Shown: in pieces, positions 55,420 through 64,000 of the stretch | How the letters are laid out: the number at the start of each line of letters is the position of its first letter | Position numbering within the stretch: position 1 is the stretch's first letter | Source: Planctomycetota bacterium | GTDB lineage: Bacteria > Planctomycetota > B15-G4 > SIAN01 | NCBI GenBank assembly: GCA_009691715.1 | Contig: SIAN01000013.1 | Coordinates: 24,868 to 88,867 of the forward strand | Length of the DNA: 64,000 nucleotides | Reading direction: 5' to 3' | Program-made: the position numbers and the translations under genes | The notes under the pieces: model-generated | What the model was told of the DNA's origin: nothing | What the model saw: the letters and a program-made list of their open reading frames with translations, nothing else | Database searches by the model: none

Positions 55420-56058
55420 GTGAGCAGAGTGAAGAAGCCTGAGCCGAAGCAGCTCGTCGCGTGGGTCGTCGCCTCGGCCGTCGTCATCACTTTGACGGTC
55501 GTCTGGTATCGCGACTGGAGCGCTGAACGCGCGATCGAGCATGAGGTCGCGCAACACGTGGCACGGGCGCAAGAGATTGCCGATTCGGGCGATCGGTTGT
55601 CAGACGCGCGGGTCGAGCTCGATCGGGCGCTGAAGAAGTCACCGAACGACGTTCCTGCGCTGCTCTTGCGCGCGCGCGTCTTGTTAGGTCTCGCGTTCGC
55701 CACCGAAGCGCAATCCGATCTGATCGTCGCGCTGCGCCACGTCGAGGGTGAGGAGCGCGCGCGAACGCAACTCCTGTTCGGCGATGTCCTCGCCGAGCGA
55801 TATCGCGGATCGGGTTCAGATGAGCACTTCCGCGCGGCGCGCAACGCCTACCTCGAAGCGCAGCAGGCAAACGTGACGAAGGCGTCTGGCCTGTTCGGAT
55901 TCGGGATGCTCTTCCTCGAAAAGGGGAGCAATCGTGATCTCGACAAGGGCTTCGAGGTGTTGCAGCAGCTGGTCGACCGCTTCCCCGATACGCCCGAGGC
56001 GAAGTCGGCGCAGGCGTTCCTGACCAAAATCAGGCGTCCGCCACAAAGCGGCGGGTGA
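55420..56058 (+). CDS. Membrane-anchored TPR-like repeat protein
   Basis: 212 aa. N-terminal anchor LVAWVVASAVVITLTVVW, then helical repeat content (ALLLRARVLLGLAFATEAQSDL..., NAYLEAQQ...). Confidence 0.6.
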   Translation: MSRVKKPEPKQLVAWVVASAVVITLTVVWYRDWSAERAIEHEVAQHVARAQEIADSGDRLSDARVELDRALKKSPNDVPALLLRARVLLGLAFATEAQSDLIVALRHVEGEERARTQLLFGDVLAERYRGSGSDEHFRAARNAYLEAQQANVTKASGLFGFGMLFLEKGSNRDLDKGFEVLQQLVDRFPDTPEAKSAQAFLTKIRRPPQSGG

Positions 56059-56165
56059 CGTGCGGTCGATGCCGTTCTGCGAAGCCGGTTTGAAATGTCA
56101 GGACCGGCACCTAGCCTGACGCGCCGCAACCGATCGACCGGTCGGGCGAGTGGCGGAGACGCAGC

Positions 56166-56732
56166 GTGAGCTGGTTCGAAGGCGTGCTGGCGGTGGTCAT
56201 GGCGGGCGGTTTCGCCTGGATCGCCATGCGCCAAAATCGGCTCCATTCGGAGTTCGGACGACTCGATCGGCTGCCGACGCTTGCCGATCTGAAAACGATT
56301 TCAGACGCGGCCATGTCCGATGAACGGTTGCGCCCCCTCGCGGACGCGCTCCGGCGAATGGCCGACCAACTGGCCAGCCTGCCTGTCCCGGCCGAGGCGA
56401 AGGACCTCCTTCCGATCCAGGAGCGTCTTGAGATGCTCGCGCGCCAGCTGCACGAATTGCGACTGCATGTCGACGAACTGCGCGCGCGGACGCCTGGAGG
56501 CGCCGGCAGTGAACCGGTCGCGCCTGGCGCGCGCCTGCTCCGCTCGCTCGAAGCTCGCGGATTCGAGCACGTCCACATCCTTGGCGAGCTGGTCGGAGAT
56601 GACGGCACCGAACTGCACCGGGTGCCGGTCGAGGCGCGTCGTAGCGGCATGTCGTTCAAGGGGCATGTGACGATCGAGGATGGGCGCCTGATCGAGGTCG
56701 CCCTGAAACCTCTGACCGAGATCTTTCCCTGA
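56166..56732 (+). CDS. Hypothetical membrane-anchored protein with a coiled-coil-like middle region
   Basis: 188 aa. GTG start with GGAG 7 nt upstream. N-terminal helix [15 protein letters not shown]. Heptad-like [19 protein letters not shown]. Confidence 0.55.
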   Translation: MSWFEGVLAVVMAGGFAWIAMRQNRLHSEFGRLDRLPTLADLKTISDAAMSDERLRPLADALRRMADQLASLPVPAEAKDLLPIQERLEMLARQLHELRLHVDELRARTPGGAGSEPVAPGARLLRSLEARGFEHVHILGELVGDDGTELHRVPVEARRSGMSFKGHVTIEDGRLIEVALKPLTEIFP

Positions 56733-56824
56733 ACCCGCGGTGCCACGGCTCCGCGGCACCGCGCTTCCACGAAGTCGTCGACCGTGTCGGCGTCCGTCTT
56801 CAAGTCGAGATCGAGAGCCAACGC

Positions 56825-58150
56825 ATGAGCACCGCGGATGGGGCGTACGTGGTCGCGACGGCGGAGAGCCTGCCAAGCAGGATCGGTGAGTCGGTCGAGG
56901 TGCGCGGCTGGCTCTACAACCGTCGTTCGAGCGGCAAGCTGCATTTCCTCGAAGTTCGCGACGGCACGTCGATCGTGCAGGCGGTCGCCTACGGTCCCGA
57001 CCTCGACAAGTCGTCGCCGGGGCTGTTCGAGAAACTCGGCGCTCTGCCGCAGGAGAGTTCGCTGATCGTCCGCGGGGTGGTGAAGGCATCGCCGAAACAG
57101 ACGCTCGGGGTCGAGATCGGCCTCGCGTCGGCGGAGATCGTCGGCGTCGCCGAGCCCTACCCGATCACCAAGAAGGAGCATTCGCCGGAGTTCCTGCTCG
57201 AGCGGCGCCATCTCTGGATCCGCAGCCGGAAGCAGCACGCGACGCTGCGCATCCGTGCGCGGATCATCAAGGCGATCCGCGACTTCTTCGATGAGCGCGG
57301 ATTCCTCTGCGTCGACTCGCCGATCTTCACGCCTTCGGCATGCGAGGGCACCACGACGCTGTTCGAGGTCGACTACCTCGAAGACCAGAAGGCCTACCTC
57401 AGCCAGAGCGGTCAGCTCTACGCCGAGGCCTCGGCGATGGCGTTCGGCAAGGTCTACTGCTTCGGCCCGACCTTTCGCGCGGAGAAGAGCAAGACGCGCC
57501 GCCATCTGCGCGAATTCTGGATGGTCGAGCCCGAGATCGCGTACGGGACGCTCGACGACGTGATGGTCCTGATGGAGGATCTGATCGTCGCCGTCGTCGG
57601 TGCAGTGCTGAAGGACCGGCGGCCCGAGCTCGCGGTGCTGGAGCGCGACGTCTCAAAGCTCGAGGCGATCCAGAAGCCGTTCCCGCGCATGCACTACAAC
57701 GACGCGGTCGAGCTGCTGAAGAAGAAGGGCCATCCATTCGATTGGGGCGGCGACTTCGGCGCGCCCGACGAGGCGGAGATCAGCAACGAGTTCGACCGGC
57801 CGGTGCTGGTGCACCGCTTCCCGGCGCAGATCAAGGCGTTCTACGCCAAACGCGATCCGGCCGACGACCGCCTGGCGCTCGGCTGCGACTGCCTCGCGCC
57901 CGAGGGCTACGGCGAGATCATCGGCGGCGGTGAACGCGCCACCGACCTCGCCTTCCTCGAACGGATGATCGCCGAGCACAAGCTGCCGAAGGAGGCCTTC
58001 GAGTGGTACCTCGACCTGCGCCGCTACGGCAGCGTGCCGCATGCCGGCTTCGGCCTCGGAGTCGAGCGGACCACCGCTTGGATCTGCGGCACGCACCACG
58101 TGCGCGAGTGCATCCCGTATCCGCGCATGCTTTATCGCATCGTGCCGTGA
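56825..58150 (+). CDS. asnS: Asparagine--tRNA ligase (compact archaeal/Thermus-type AsnRS)
   Basis: 441 aa. OB-fold N-terminus ([25 protein letters not shown]). Class II motifs: [58 protein letters not shown]. Confidence 0.85.
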   Translation: MSTADGAYVVATAESLPSRIGESVEVRGWLYNRRSSGKLHFLEVRDGTSIVQAVAYGPDLDKSSPGLFEKLGALPQESSLIVRGVVKASPKQTLGVEIGLASAEIVGVAEPYPITKKEHSPEFLLERRHLWIRSRKQHATLRIRARIIKAIRDFFDERGFLCVDSPIFTPSACEGTTTLFEVDYLEDQKAYLSQSGQLYAEASAMAFGKVYCFGPTFRAEKSKTRRHLREFWMVEPEIAYGTLDDVMVLMEDLIVAVVGAVLKDRRPELAVLERDVSKLEAIQKPFPRMHYNDAVELLKKKGHPFDWGGDFGAPDEAEISNEFDRPVLVHRFPAQIKAFYAKRDPADDRLALGCDCLAPEGYGEIIGGGERATDLAFLERMIAEHKLPKEAFEWYLDLRRYGSVPHAGFGLGVERTTAWICGTHHVRECIPYPRMLYRIVP

Positions 58151-58187
58151 GCGACGGGAGCGACGGTAGCGGCGGGAGTGCTGCCTC

Positions 58188-59480
58188 GTGGCGCGCCAGC
58201 TGATCCGTGACTTTGCGCTGAACAGCAGCGGGACCATCGCAGGTCGCGTGGTCGATCGGCTGCTCCATTCCGCGCCGCACTCGTTCGTCTTGCTCGATGC
58301 TTCGGGCGCCACCCGTGTGTTCGTCACGGGTGCGGTGCCGCCGCTCGGCGCGCTGGTCGAAGTCGACGCCGAGCGGACCAAGCGTGGATTCGTCGCGCAG
58401 AGCGTCCGTGTGGTCGGCGTTCCGACGCTTCGACCCGGCGAGATCGCGGAATGGAGCGTCCCAGAATGGAGCGAGCGGCGGCGCGAACTGCACGTACGTG
58501 ACCAACTGTTACGCACGCTGCGGACGTTCTTCTACGAGCGTGGATTCCTCGAAGTCGAGACACCCACCCTCCTTGCAGCCCCCGGCCAGGAGCCGCACCT
58601 CCTGCCGTTTGTAACCACCTTCCACGGCCGCGACGGGGCGCGTCCGCTCTGGCTCGCGACGTCGCCCGAGTACGCGATGAAGCGACTGCTCGCGCGCGGG
58701 CACGAGAGACTTTTTCAGCTCGGCCGCGCCTACCGCGACGGCCGCGACGAAGACTCGCCGCTCCATTCGCCCGAGTTCACGCTGGTCGAGTGGTACCGCG
58801 CCTGGGAGCCGCTCGAGGCGATCGGTCGCGACGTCGGCGAACTGCTCGCGGCGACGGTGCGCGCGCTGGGAACCGGCGGGACCGCCGTCGCGCGCGGCGG
58901 CCATCGCTGCGATCTTGCCGCGCCGCCGCGCTGGCTGCCGGTTGCCGACGCGTTTCGTGACCTCGCGTCGACCGACCTGGCGCCCTACCTCGACGGCGAC
59001 GACATCGCCTTCGTCGCCGCGTTGCCGGCTGCGCTTCCGCGCGTCGGTGCCACCGCTCGCGAACAGGCCGACTCCGCTTTCTTTCGCCTCCTCATCGAGC
59101 GGATCGAGCCCAACCTCGGCCGCCGCGAGCCGACCCTGCTCTGCCGCTATCCCGCGCGTCACGCCGCCCTGGCCGAGCTCTGCCCCGACGATCCGCGTGT
59201 CGCCAACCGCTTCGAGGCCTACGTCCTCGGCATCGAGCTCTGCAATGCGTTTCAGGAACTGCGCGACGCCGACGAGCAGGAGCGGCGACTGCGGGACGAG
59301 CAGGCGGTGCGGGTTGCCGCCGGAGGCGAGGCGCTGCCGCTTCACGAGCCATTTCTGCGAGCGCTGCGCAGCGGGTTGCCGCCGTGCGCCGGAGTGGCGC
59401 TTGGCGTCGATCGCCTCCACCTCCTCGCGAGCGGTGCGGTGTCGGTGCGGGATGTCCAGCCATTCCCGTTCGGGGAGTGA
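58188..59480 (+). CDS. EpmA/GenX(PoxA)-like class II LysRS paralog with an additional N-terminal OB-like domain
   Basis: 430 aa; GTG start with GGGAG 9 nt upstream. Catalytic core: FLEVETPTL, LFQLGRAYRDGRDEDSPLHSPEFTLVEWY (FRNE replaced by YRDG), ELCNAFQEL, CAGVALGVDRL. The first ~100 aa resemble an OB fold (GTIAGRVVDRLL...FVLLDASGATRVFV). Confidence 0.6.
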   Translation: MARQLIRDFALNSSGTIAGRVVDRLLHSAPHSFVLLDASGATRVFVTGAVPPLGALVEVDAERTKRGFVAQSVRVVGVPTLRPGEIAEWSVPEWSERRRELHVRDQLLRTLRTFFYERGFLEVETPTLLAAPGQEPHLLPFVTTFHGRDGARPLWLATSPEYAMKRLLARGHERLFQLGRAYRDGRDEDSPLHSPEFTLVEWYRAWEPLEAIGRDVGELLAATVRALGTGGTAVARGGHRCDLAAPPRWLPVADAFRDLASTDLAPYLDGDDIAFVAALPAALPRVGATAREQADSAFFRLLIERIEPNLGRREPTLLCRYPARHAALAELCPDDPRVANRFEAYVLGIELCNAFQELRDADEQERRLRDEQAVRVAAGGEALPLHEPFLRALRSGLPPCAGVALGVDRLHLLASGAVSVRDVQPFPFGE

Positions 59481-59562
59481 CGGCGGTCACCTCTTCCGCG
59501 AGGTGGCGTCTTCTCGCCGCTGGCCGCGCATAGGGCGCGCGCCGGCTTCAAGGAGATGCACG

Positions 59563-60771
59563 ATGCGTGAACGCAACATTTGTCTGGGGCTGCGAGCGGG
59601 TCGCGCTGCGATCGCTTTCGTCACGCTTGCGGGCGGTGCGGTGGCGCAGGAGAGTCCGATTTTTTCGCTGTCGGCGTCAGCGACGGCGCCGTGGGGCACG
59701 CTCGCCGACACCGAGTTGGCGCGGTTCGATCCGGGGCTCGGCCGCTGCGTGCCGTGGCTGTCGATCGCGACCGGCGCCTGCTTCGGCGGTGACATCAACG
59801 GCGATGGCGCGACCGATGACTGGAAGGACATCGATGCGGTCTGGGTCGGACAGTCGAACGGTGAGGTGTCGGACGTCTACATATCGTTCAACACCACCCA
59901 CGGGCCGTGGCTCGACGGCGACGTGATGCGCCTGAAAGAGGACGGGACGCTGCAGTTGGTCTTCTCCGAGTCGCAGATCGCTGCGTGGTTCGGCCTCACG
60001 GACGGGCAGCAGGACCTCGATGCGCTGCACGTCGCGATCGATGGCAGGGTCTACATGAGCTTCGGCGACGATGAGGCGTCGGCGCTGCTCTCGACCGACG
60101 TCGCAAACGTGGTGACCGACGGCTCGATCGTCGTGTGGGACCCGTCGCGGACGACCGCGAGCGTCGTGCTCACGGAGACCCAGATCGACGCACGGATCAG
60201 CACGGCGTTGAAAAAGACGCAGAAGTGCACCGACACGCTCGGCATCGCGATGGACAAGAATGGCGCGCTCTGCTTTTCCGTGCAGAGCCCGTCGACGGAC
60301 GACGCGACGACCTTCCGCGACTTGAACGGCGGAGAAGTGCTCCTCTCGGAGTCGGCGCTTCTCCTCGGCGGGACGCCCGAAATCGACGCGCTCGATCTGG
60401 TGGACGGGGCGGTCGAGTTCCTCGCGGCACGGATTACGCCGCGATTGGTCGCGGGGAACGTGCAGGCGCAAGTCGACCTCGACGGTCCGCCGAACCACCT
60501 GCTGATCGTCACACTTTCGTTCAAGCGCGGCGACTCGTTGGCTTGGCCCGGGAAGGGCTTCTTCGGATTGCTGCTCGATCCGAATGACCCGCTGTTCTCG
60601 GCGTCGTTGGCGGATCTGCCGTGGACGTATTCCAAGACCGACGCTGCCGGCCATGCGTTCGTGCTGTTCGATCCGGCGCCGCCTGGGGTGGTGCTCACGG
60701 TCTTTGCGCAGGCCTACGATTTCGACGGGCGCGCGTTCGGCACGCCCATCGCGATCGAGCTCATCGGGTGA
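59563..60771 (+). CDS. Secreted hypothetical protein
   Basis: 402 aa from ATG 59563 (AAGGAG 7 nt upstream; in frame with the 618-aa track ORF). Signal peptide AAIAFVTLAGGAVAQE. Contains a DINGDGATDD calcium-binding-like loop. No family recognised. Confidence 0.6.
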   Translation: MRERNICLGLRAGRAAIAFVTLAGGAVAQESPIFSLSASATAPWGTLADTELARFDPGLGRCVPWLSIATGACFGGDINGDGATDDWKDIDAVWVGQSNGEVSDVYISFNTTHGPWLDGDVMRLKEDGTLQLVFSESQIAAWFGLTDGQQDLDALHVAIDGRVYMSFGDDEASALLSTDVANVVTDGSIVVWDPSRTTASVVLTETQIDARISTALKKTQKCTDTLGIAMDKNGALCFSVQSPSTDDATTFRDLNGGEVLLSESALLLGGTPEIDALDLVDGAVEFLAARITPRLVAGNVQAQVDLDGPPNHLLIVTLSFKRGDSLAWPGKGFFGLLLDPNDPLFSASLADLPWTYSKTDAAGHAFVLFDPAPPGVVLTVFAQAYDFDGRAFGTPIAIELIG

Positions 60772-60971
60772 CCCATCAGCCGGTCCGGGGCGAATGGGCG
60801 CCTCGGACCGGCGTTCCCGGTCGCGCGGCCCGGGTCCGGCAGCCGGATGCACGGGCGGGGTCCCGCCTCGGCGATTGCCGACGGCGGTGACGTGACTACT
60901 CTTTCTGCAGCGCGCCGACCGAGTTTGCCTCTACTGCAGACACGGATCGTGGCGGCTGGTGAGGTCGATCG

Positions 60972-62630
60972 ATGCAGGTCATTCGGGCGAGCGTGGCACT
61001 GTTGTTGGCCGTCGCGGCATGGCCCGCGGCAGCGCGCGATGACTTCCTTCGCCCGACGACGCGCGACCTGAATGCGAGGGAGAAGATCTCGCTCGAGGAG
61101 TGCGTCCAGGAGCTCGGCGACGGCGACCCGAAGTTGCGCCGGCGCGCGGTCCGGCGGATGGTGGCGATCGGACAGCCGGCGATGCCCGCGTTGCTCGATG
61201 TGCTGCGGCGCTCGTCGGACGCGAAGCAGGTGCGCAACGCATGCCTCGCGTTTGGCGCGATCGGCGATGCGACCGCGGTCGCCCAGCTCGAGCGCTGGTT
61301 CCTCGACGATGCACGCGCGGAAGAGCCTTCGCGCGCGGCGTTGCTGGCGTTGGCGCGCGGTCGCGGGCCGTTGATTCCTGAGTTCTCGGCCACGCTGAGG
61401 CGTCTCGTGACGGACGCGTCTCTCGCGACGGTGCGCGAGTCGGCGGTGCTGTGCGCCGCTGCGCGCAAGATTCCGGGCTTGGCGGCACTGCTGAAGGCCC
61501 CGCTGCAGGTCGAACGCAGCGCGCGGCTACGCAGTTGCATGCTGGTCGCGCTGGGGGAGTCGGGTGACCCGGCCGCACCCGCGCTGGTGGCGCGCTTCCT
61601 CGATGGGCGGCAGGTGCGCGACGAAAAGCTCCGCCGGGCCGCTCTCTGCGCGACGGCGCGTCTCGGCGATCCGATCCTGCTTCAGCCGTTGCTCGCGTTC
61701 CAGCCCGACCGCCGCGAGATCTCGGACTACGCGGTCGCGCTCGGAGCGTTCTCGGAACCGGCGGTCGTGGGGCGGCTCGGTGAGCTCATGCTCCGCGAGC
61801 GCGAGCAGGCGGTGGCCGCGGTCGCCTCGCTCGCACACATCGCGACTCCCGAATCGAAGGCGTGGCTCGAACGCGCTTTGCAGGGTGACTTCTCGGAAGA
61901 GTCACGTGCCGCTGCCGCGTTGTGCGTGTCCGATCTGGTCGACCAGCAGCGATTCCTGCCGCACTTGCGGACGATTGCGCTCGGGCCGGCGGCGCACCCG
62001 GCGAAGTCGGCAGCGCTGTTGTCGCTCGCGAGGATCGGCGATCGGGAGGCGGCCGGCGCGGTGGCCGATGCGCTGCCGCTGTGGCGCGACACCGATCTCT
62101 TCCAGCGCGGGCTGCTCTTCTGCGCGATGACGCTCGATCGCCCGCTTGCCGAGGTCGTGCCGCAGCATCGGCGTGACGACGTGGCCGAATTGTGGCGCGA
62201 CGCCAGCGAGATCGAACGTGGCGATCGCCATCGCGACCTGCTCCTCGAACGCGTGGCGAGTGAGCTCACCGCTGCGCGCGCGCACTGGCTGCTCGTGCGC
62301 GATGACCAGCGCACGGGAGTGCTGCGCGAACTGCTCGATCTCGATCGCGACTTCTTGGTGGAGCAGCGAGCGCAAGATGGCACGGGCGGCGGCAGTCCGA
62401 CGCCACCTCCGCCAAGTGGGGGTGCTGGCGACGGCGGCGACGGCGGCGACCCTCCCGATCCCGCTCCGGAAGGGGATCCTCCCGCGGCAGGCGGCGCGCC
62501 GGGTAGCGGACTCCTGCCAGGCAATGGGGGCCGCCGCGGTCGGTTCGACCCGACCCGGTTCGAGCATGACCTGCGCGCCTGGCTGGTCGACTATTCGCCG
62601 TTCGACGTGGCCGATCCCTTCGCACGCTGA
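60972..62630 (+). CDS. Secreted HEAT/PBS-lyase-like repeat protein with a Gly/Pro/Asp-rich C-terminal tail
   Basis: 552 aa. Signal peptide ASVALLLAVAAWPAAA. Repeated ...DPKLRRRAVRRMVAIGQPAMPALLDVL... / ...VRESAVLCAAARKIPG... / ...LRRAALCATARLGDP... helical repeats. Confidence 0.65.
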   Translation: MQVIRASVALLLAVAAWPAAARDDFLRPTTRDLNAREKISLEECVQELGDGDPKLRRRAVRRMVAIGQPAMPALLDVLRRSSDAKQVRNACLAFGAIGDATAVAQLERWFLDDARAEEPSRAALLALARGRGPLIPEFSATLRRLVTDASLATVRESAVLCAAARKIPGLAALLKAPLQVERSARLRSCMLVALGESGDPAAPALVARFLDGRQVRDEKLRRAALCATARLGDPILLQPLLAFQPDRREISDYAVALGAFSEPAVVGRLGELMLREREQAVAAVASLAHIATPESKAWLERALQGDFSEESRAAAALCVSDLVDQQRFLPHLRTIALGPAAHPAKSAALLSLARIGDREAAGAVADALPLWRDTDLFQRGLLFCAMTLDRPLAEVVPQHRRDDVAELWRDASEIERGDRHRDLLLERVASELTAARAHWLLVRDDQRTGVLRELLDLDRDFLVEQRAQDGTGGGSPTPPPPSGGAGDGGDGGDPPDPAPEGDPPAAGGAPGSGLLPGNGGRRGRFDPTRFEHDLRAWLVDYSPFDVADPFAR

Positions 62631-62753
62631 CGGCCGCGAGCTCTGACGGCGCGAATCCGCCGCGCGACTCGCCGAGCCGTGCGGTAGTTTCGCCGTTGTT
62701 GCGCGATCGTTCGGAACGATCCGCGCGGATCAGCGGGATGACGGGAGCCTTGG

Positions 62754-62990
62754 ATGGCGGCGATTCGGCGGCAGCTCAACTGCACGTTTCCGAAGGAGAA
62801 GATTCGCGATCCGGTGCTCTACCTGCTCGGGCGGCAGTTCAACGTGATCCCGAACATCCGTCGCGCCCAGATCACCGACGAGATCGGGATCGTGTTGCTC
62901 GAACTCGAAGGCGAGCAGTCGGAGGTCGACAAGGCGATCGAGTACCTCCGCGCGAGCCACATCGGCGTCGAGGTCCTCACCGCCGGCTGA
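62754..62990 (+). CDS. Stand-alone NIL-domain protein (ferredoxin-like fold found at the MetN C-terminus)
   Basis: 78 aa. DPVLYLLGRQFNVIPNIRRAQI...GIVLLELEGEQSEVDKAIEYLR fits my recollection of NIL domains; not verified. Confidence 0.55.
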   Translation: MAAIRRQLNCTFPKEKIRDPVLYLLGRQFNVIPNIRRAQITDEIGIVLLELEGEQSEVDKAIEYLRASHIGVEVLTAG

Positions 62991-63032
62991 GCTGGCGCCG
63001 CATGAGCTGGCGCCGCATGAGCTGGCGCCGCC
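62988..63032 (+). repeat. 15-bp tandem repeat x3 (TGAGCTGGCGCCGCA, TGAGCTGGCGCCGCA, TGAGCTGGCGCCGCC) starting at the NIL gene stop codon
   Basis: Read directly: units at 62988-63002, 63003-63017 and 63018-63032. Each starts with a TGA in frame with the upstream gene and contains the GGCGCC palindrome. Confidence 0.85.
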
Positions 63033-63166
63033 GGAGCGGCCGGGCGCCCGCGTCCGCGATTCGGCGCCGGGCGTCACGCGACGCGATCGTCGGGCTCGCG
63101 CTCACCTTGCCCGACCGGCGGCTCCCACTATCATCCGTCGCGTCTGCTGACCCAAGGGAGCGCCGG

Positions 63167-63738
63167 ATGGCTGCACAGCGCATGGGCCGATTCAGTTGCG
63201 TCGGCGCGGCGTGTGTCGTCGCTGCCATGTTGTCGAGCGCCGTGTCGGCACGCCAAGTTGCCGGCCACACGAACAGCGGCGACGGCCGCGGGCTGGCGAC
63301 GTTCGGCGATCGCGGGCTTGAGAGCTTCGGCACGCGACCGCTCGAGTCGATCGGGCCGATCCCGCTGACGCCGATGGGCGGCACGGTCGAAGGGTCGCCC
63401 ACGAAGGGCTTCGGTCGCGATTCGAAGCGCGACAGCTCGAACACGGATCGGCCGCGACTGCAGCGCCGGACGCGACGGCCGTGGCTCGACCTCGATTTCG
63501 GCCGCTTTTCAGGTTCGCAGAATTCGGCGCGGTCGTCCTCGATCGCGACGTTGCACGGTGCCGTGGTCGAATCGGTCGAGTCCGCGCCACGCTTCGTGCT
63601 CCCCGCGCTGCTGTTGCCGCCGTTGGTGCTCGACCATGCAGCAGCGCAAGCCGAGCTCGCGTCGGCATTGTCCGCCGAGGCGGATCGCGCCCGGGCGCGC
63701 GGCGACCTTGCCGCTGCCGCCGCGTTCGCACCGCAGCG

Positions 63739-63742
<4 letters not shown>
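63167..63742 (+). CDS. Secreted hypothetical protein
   Basis: 191 aa from ATG 63167 (AAGGGAG 6 nt upstream). Signal peptide [20 protein letters not shown]. Low-complexity Gly/Arg/Ser-rich middle region. Confidence 0.5.

Positions 63743-64000
<258 letters not shown>

Overview
A high-GC (roughly 70% by hand counts of sample lines) bacterial chromosomal segment, densely coded on both strands, with about 50 protein genes. I saw no rRNA, tRNA, CRISPR array, transposase or integrase. The gene content suggests a Planctomycetota- or Myxococcota-like organism: tandem DUF1080 protein, TAT-signal Gfo/Idh/MocA oxidoreductase, PSCyt-like domain, many lipoproteins, sulfatase-like paralogs, GatCAB plus AsnRS. 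I cannot confirm taxonomy without a search.

Housekeeping genes are intact: rluD-like, guaB, guaA, gatC-gatA-gatB, polA, asnS, pckA, pilT and the uvrB 5' end. A methylmalonyl-CoA/propionate block is also intact. It comprises an acyl-CoA synthetase, the MCM catalytic subunit, the epimerase, a PccB-type carboxyltransferase, and separate biotin carboxylase and BCCP genes.

The most interesting region is a tightly linked three-gene unit at 29269-33182:
- a lipoprotein with a PSCyt-like C-terminus carrying CX4CH;
- a signal-peptide protein with one N-terminal CxxCH followed by a porin-like body ending in Phe, which matches Cyc2-type fused cytochrome-porin architecture;
- a 370-aa lipoprotein with 13 CxxCH motifs.
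Together these are a candidate outer-membrane electron-transfer conduit.

Other notable points:
- Three accessory genes have multiple reading-frame lesions (15114-17611, 21184-22727, 33225-35005).
- Three sulfatase-like lipoprotein paralogs have T-x-P-x-H in place of the C/S-x-P-x-R sulfatase motif. They are strung with a GT39/ArnT-like membrane glycosyltransferase behind gatCAB.
- A gene of clearly lower GC encodes a beta-propeller lipoprotein.
- Perfect palindromes cluster in the guaB divergent intergenic region.
- There is an HTTM-like membrane protein pair.
- A STAS/PilZ-like gene sits divergent from a GAF-PP2C phosphatase gene.
- An EpmA/GenX-like gene carries an extra N-terminal OB-like domain.
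- A 15-bp x3 tandem repeat supplies three in-frame TGA codons.

Many very long ORFs in the track are antisense or extension artefacts of high GC and were rejected.
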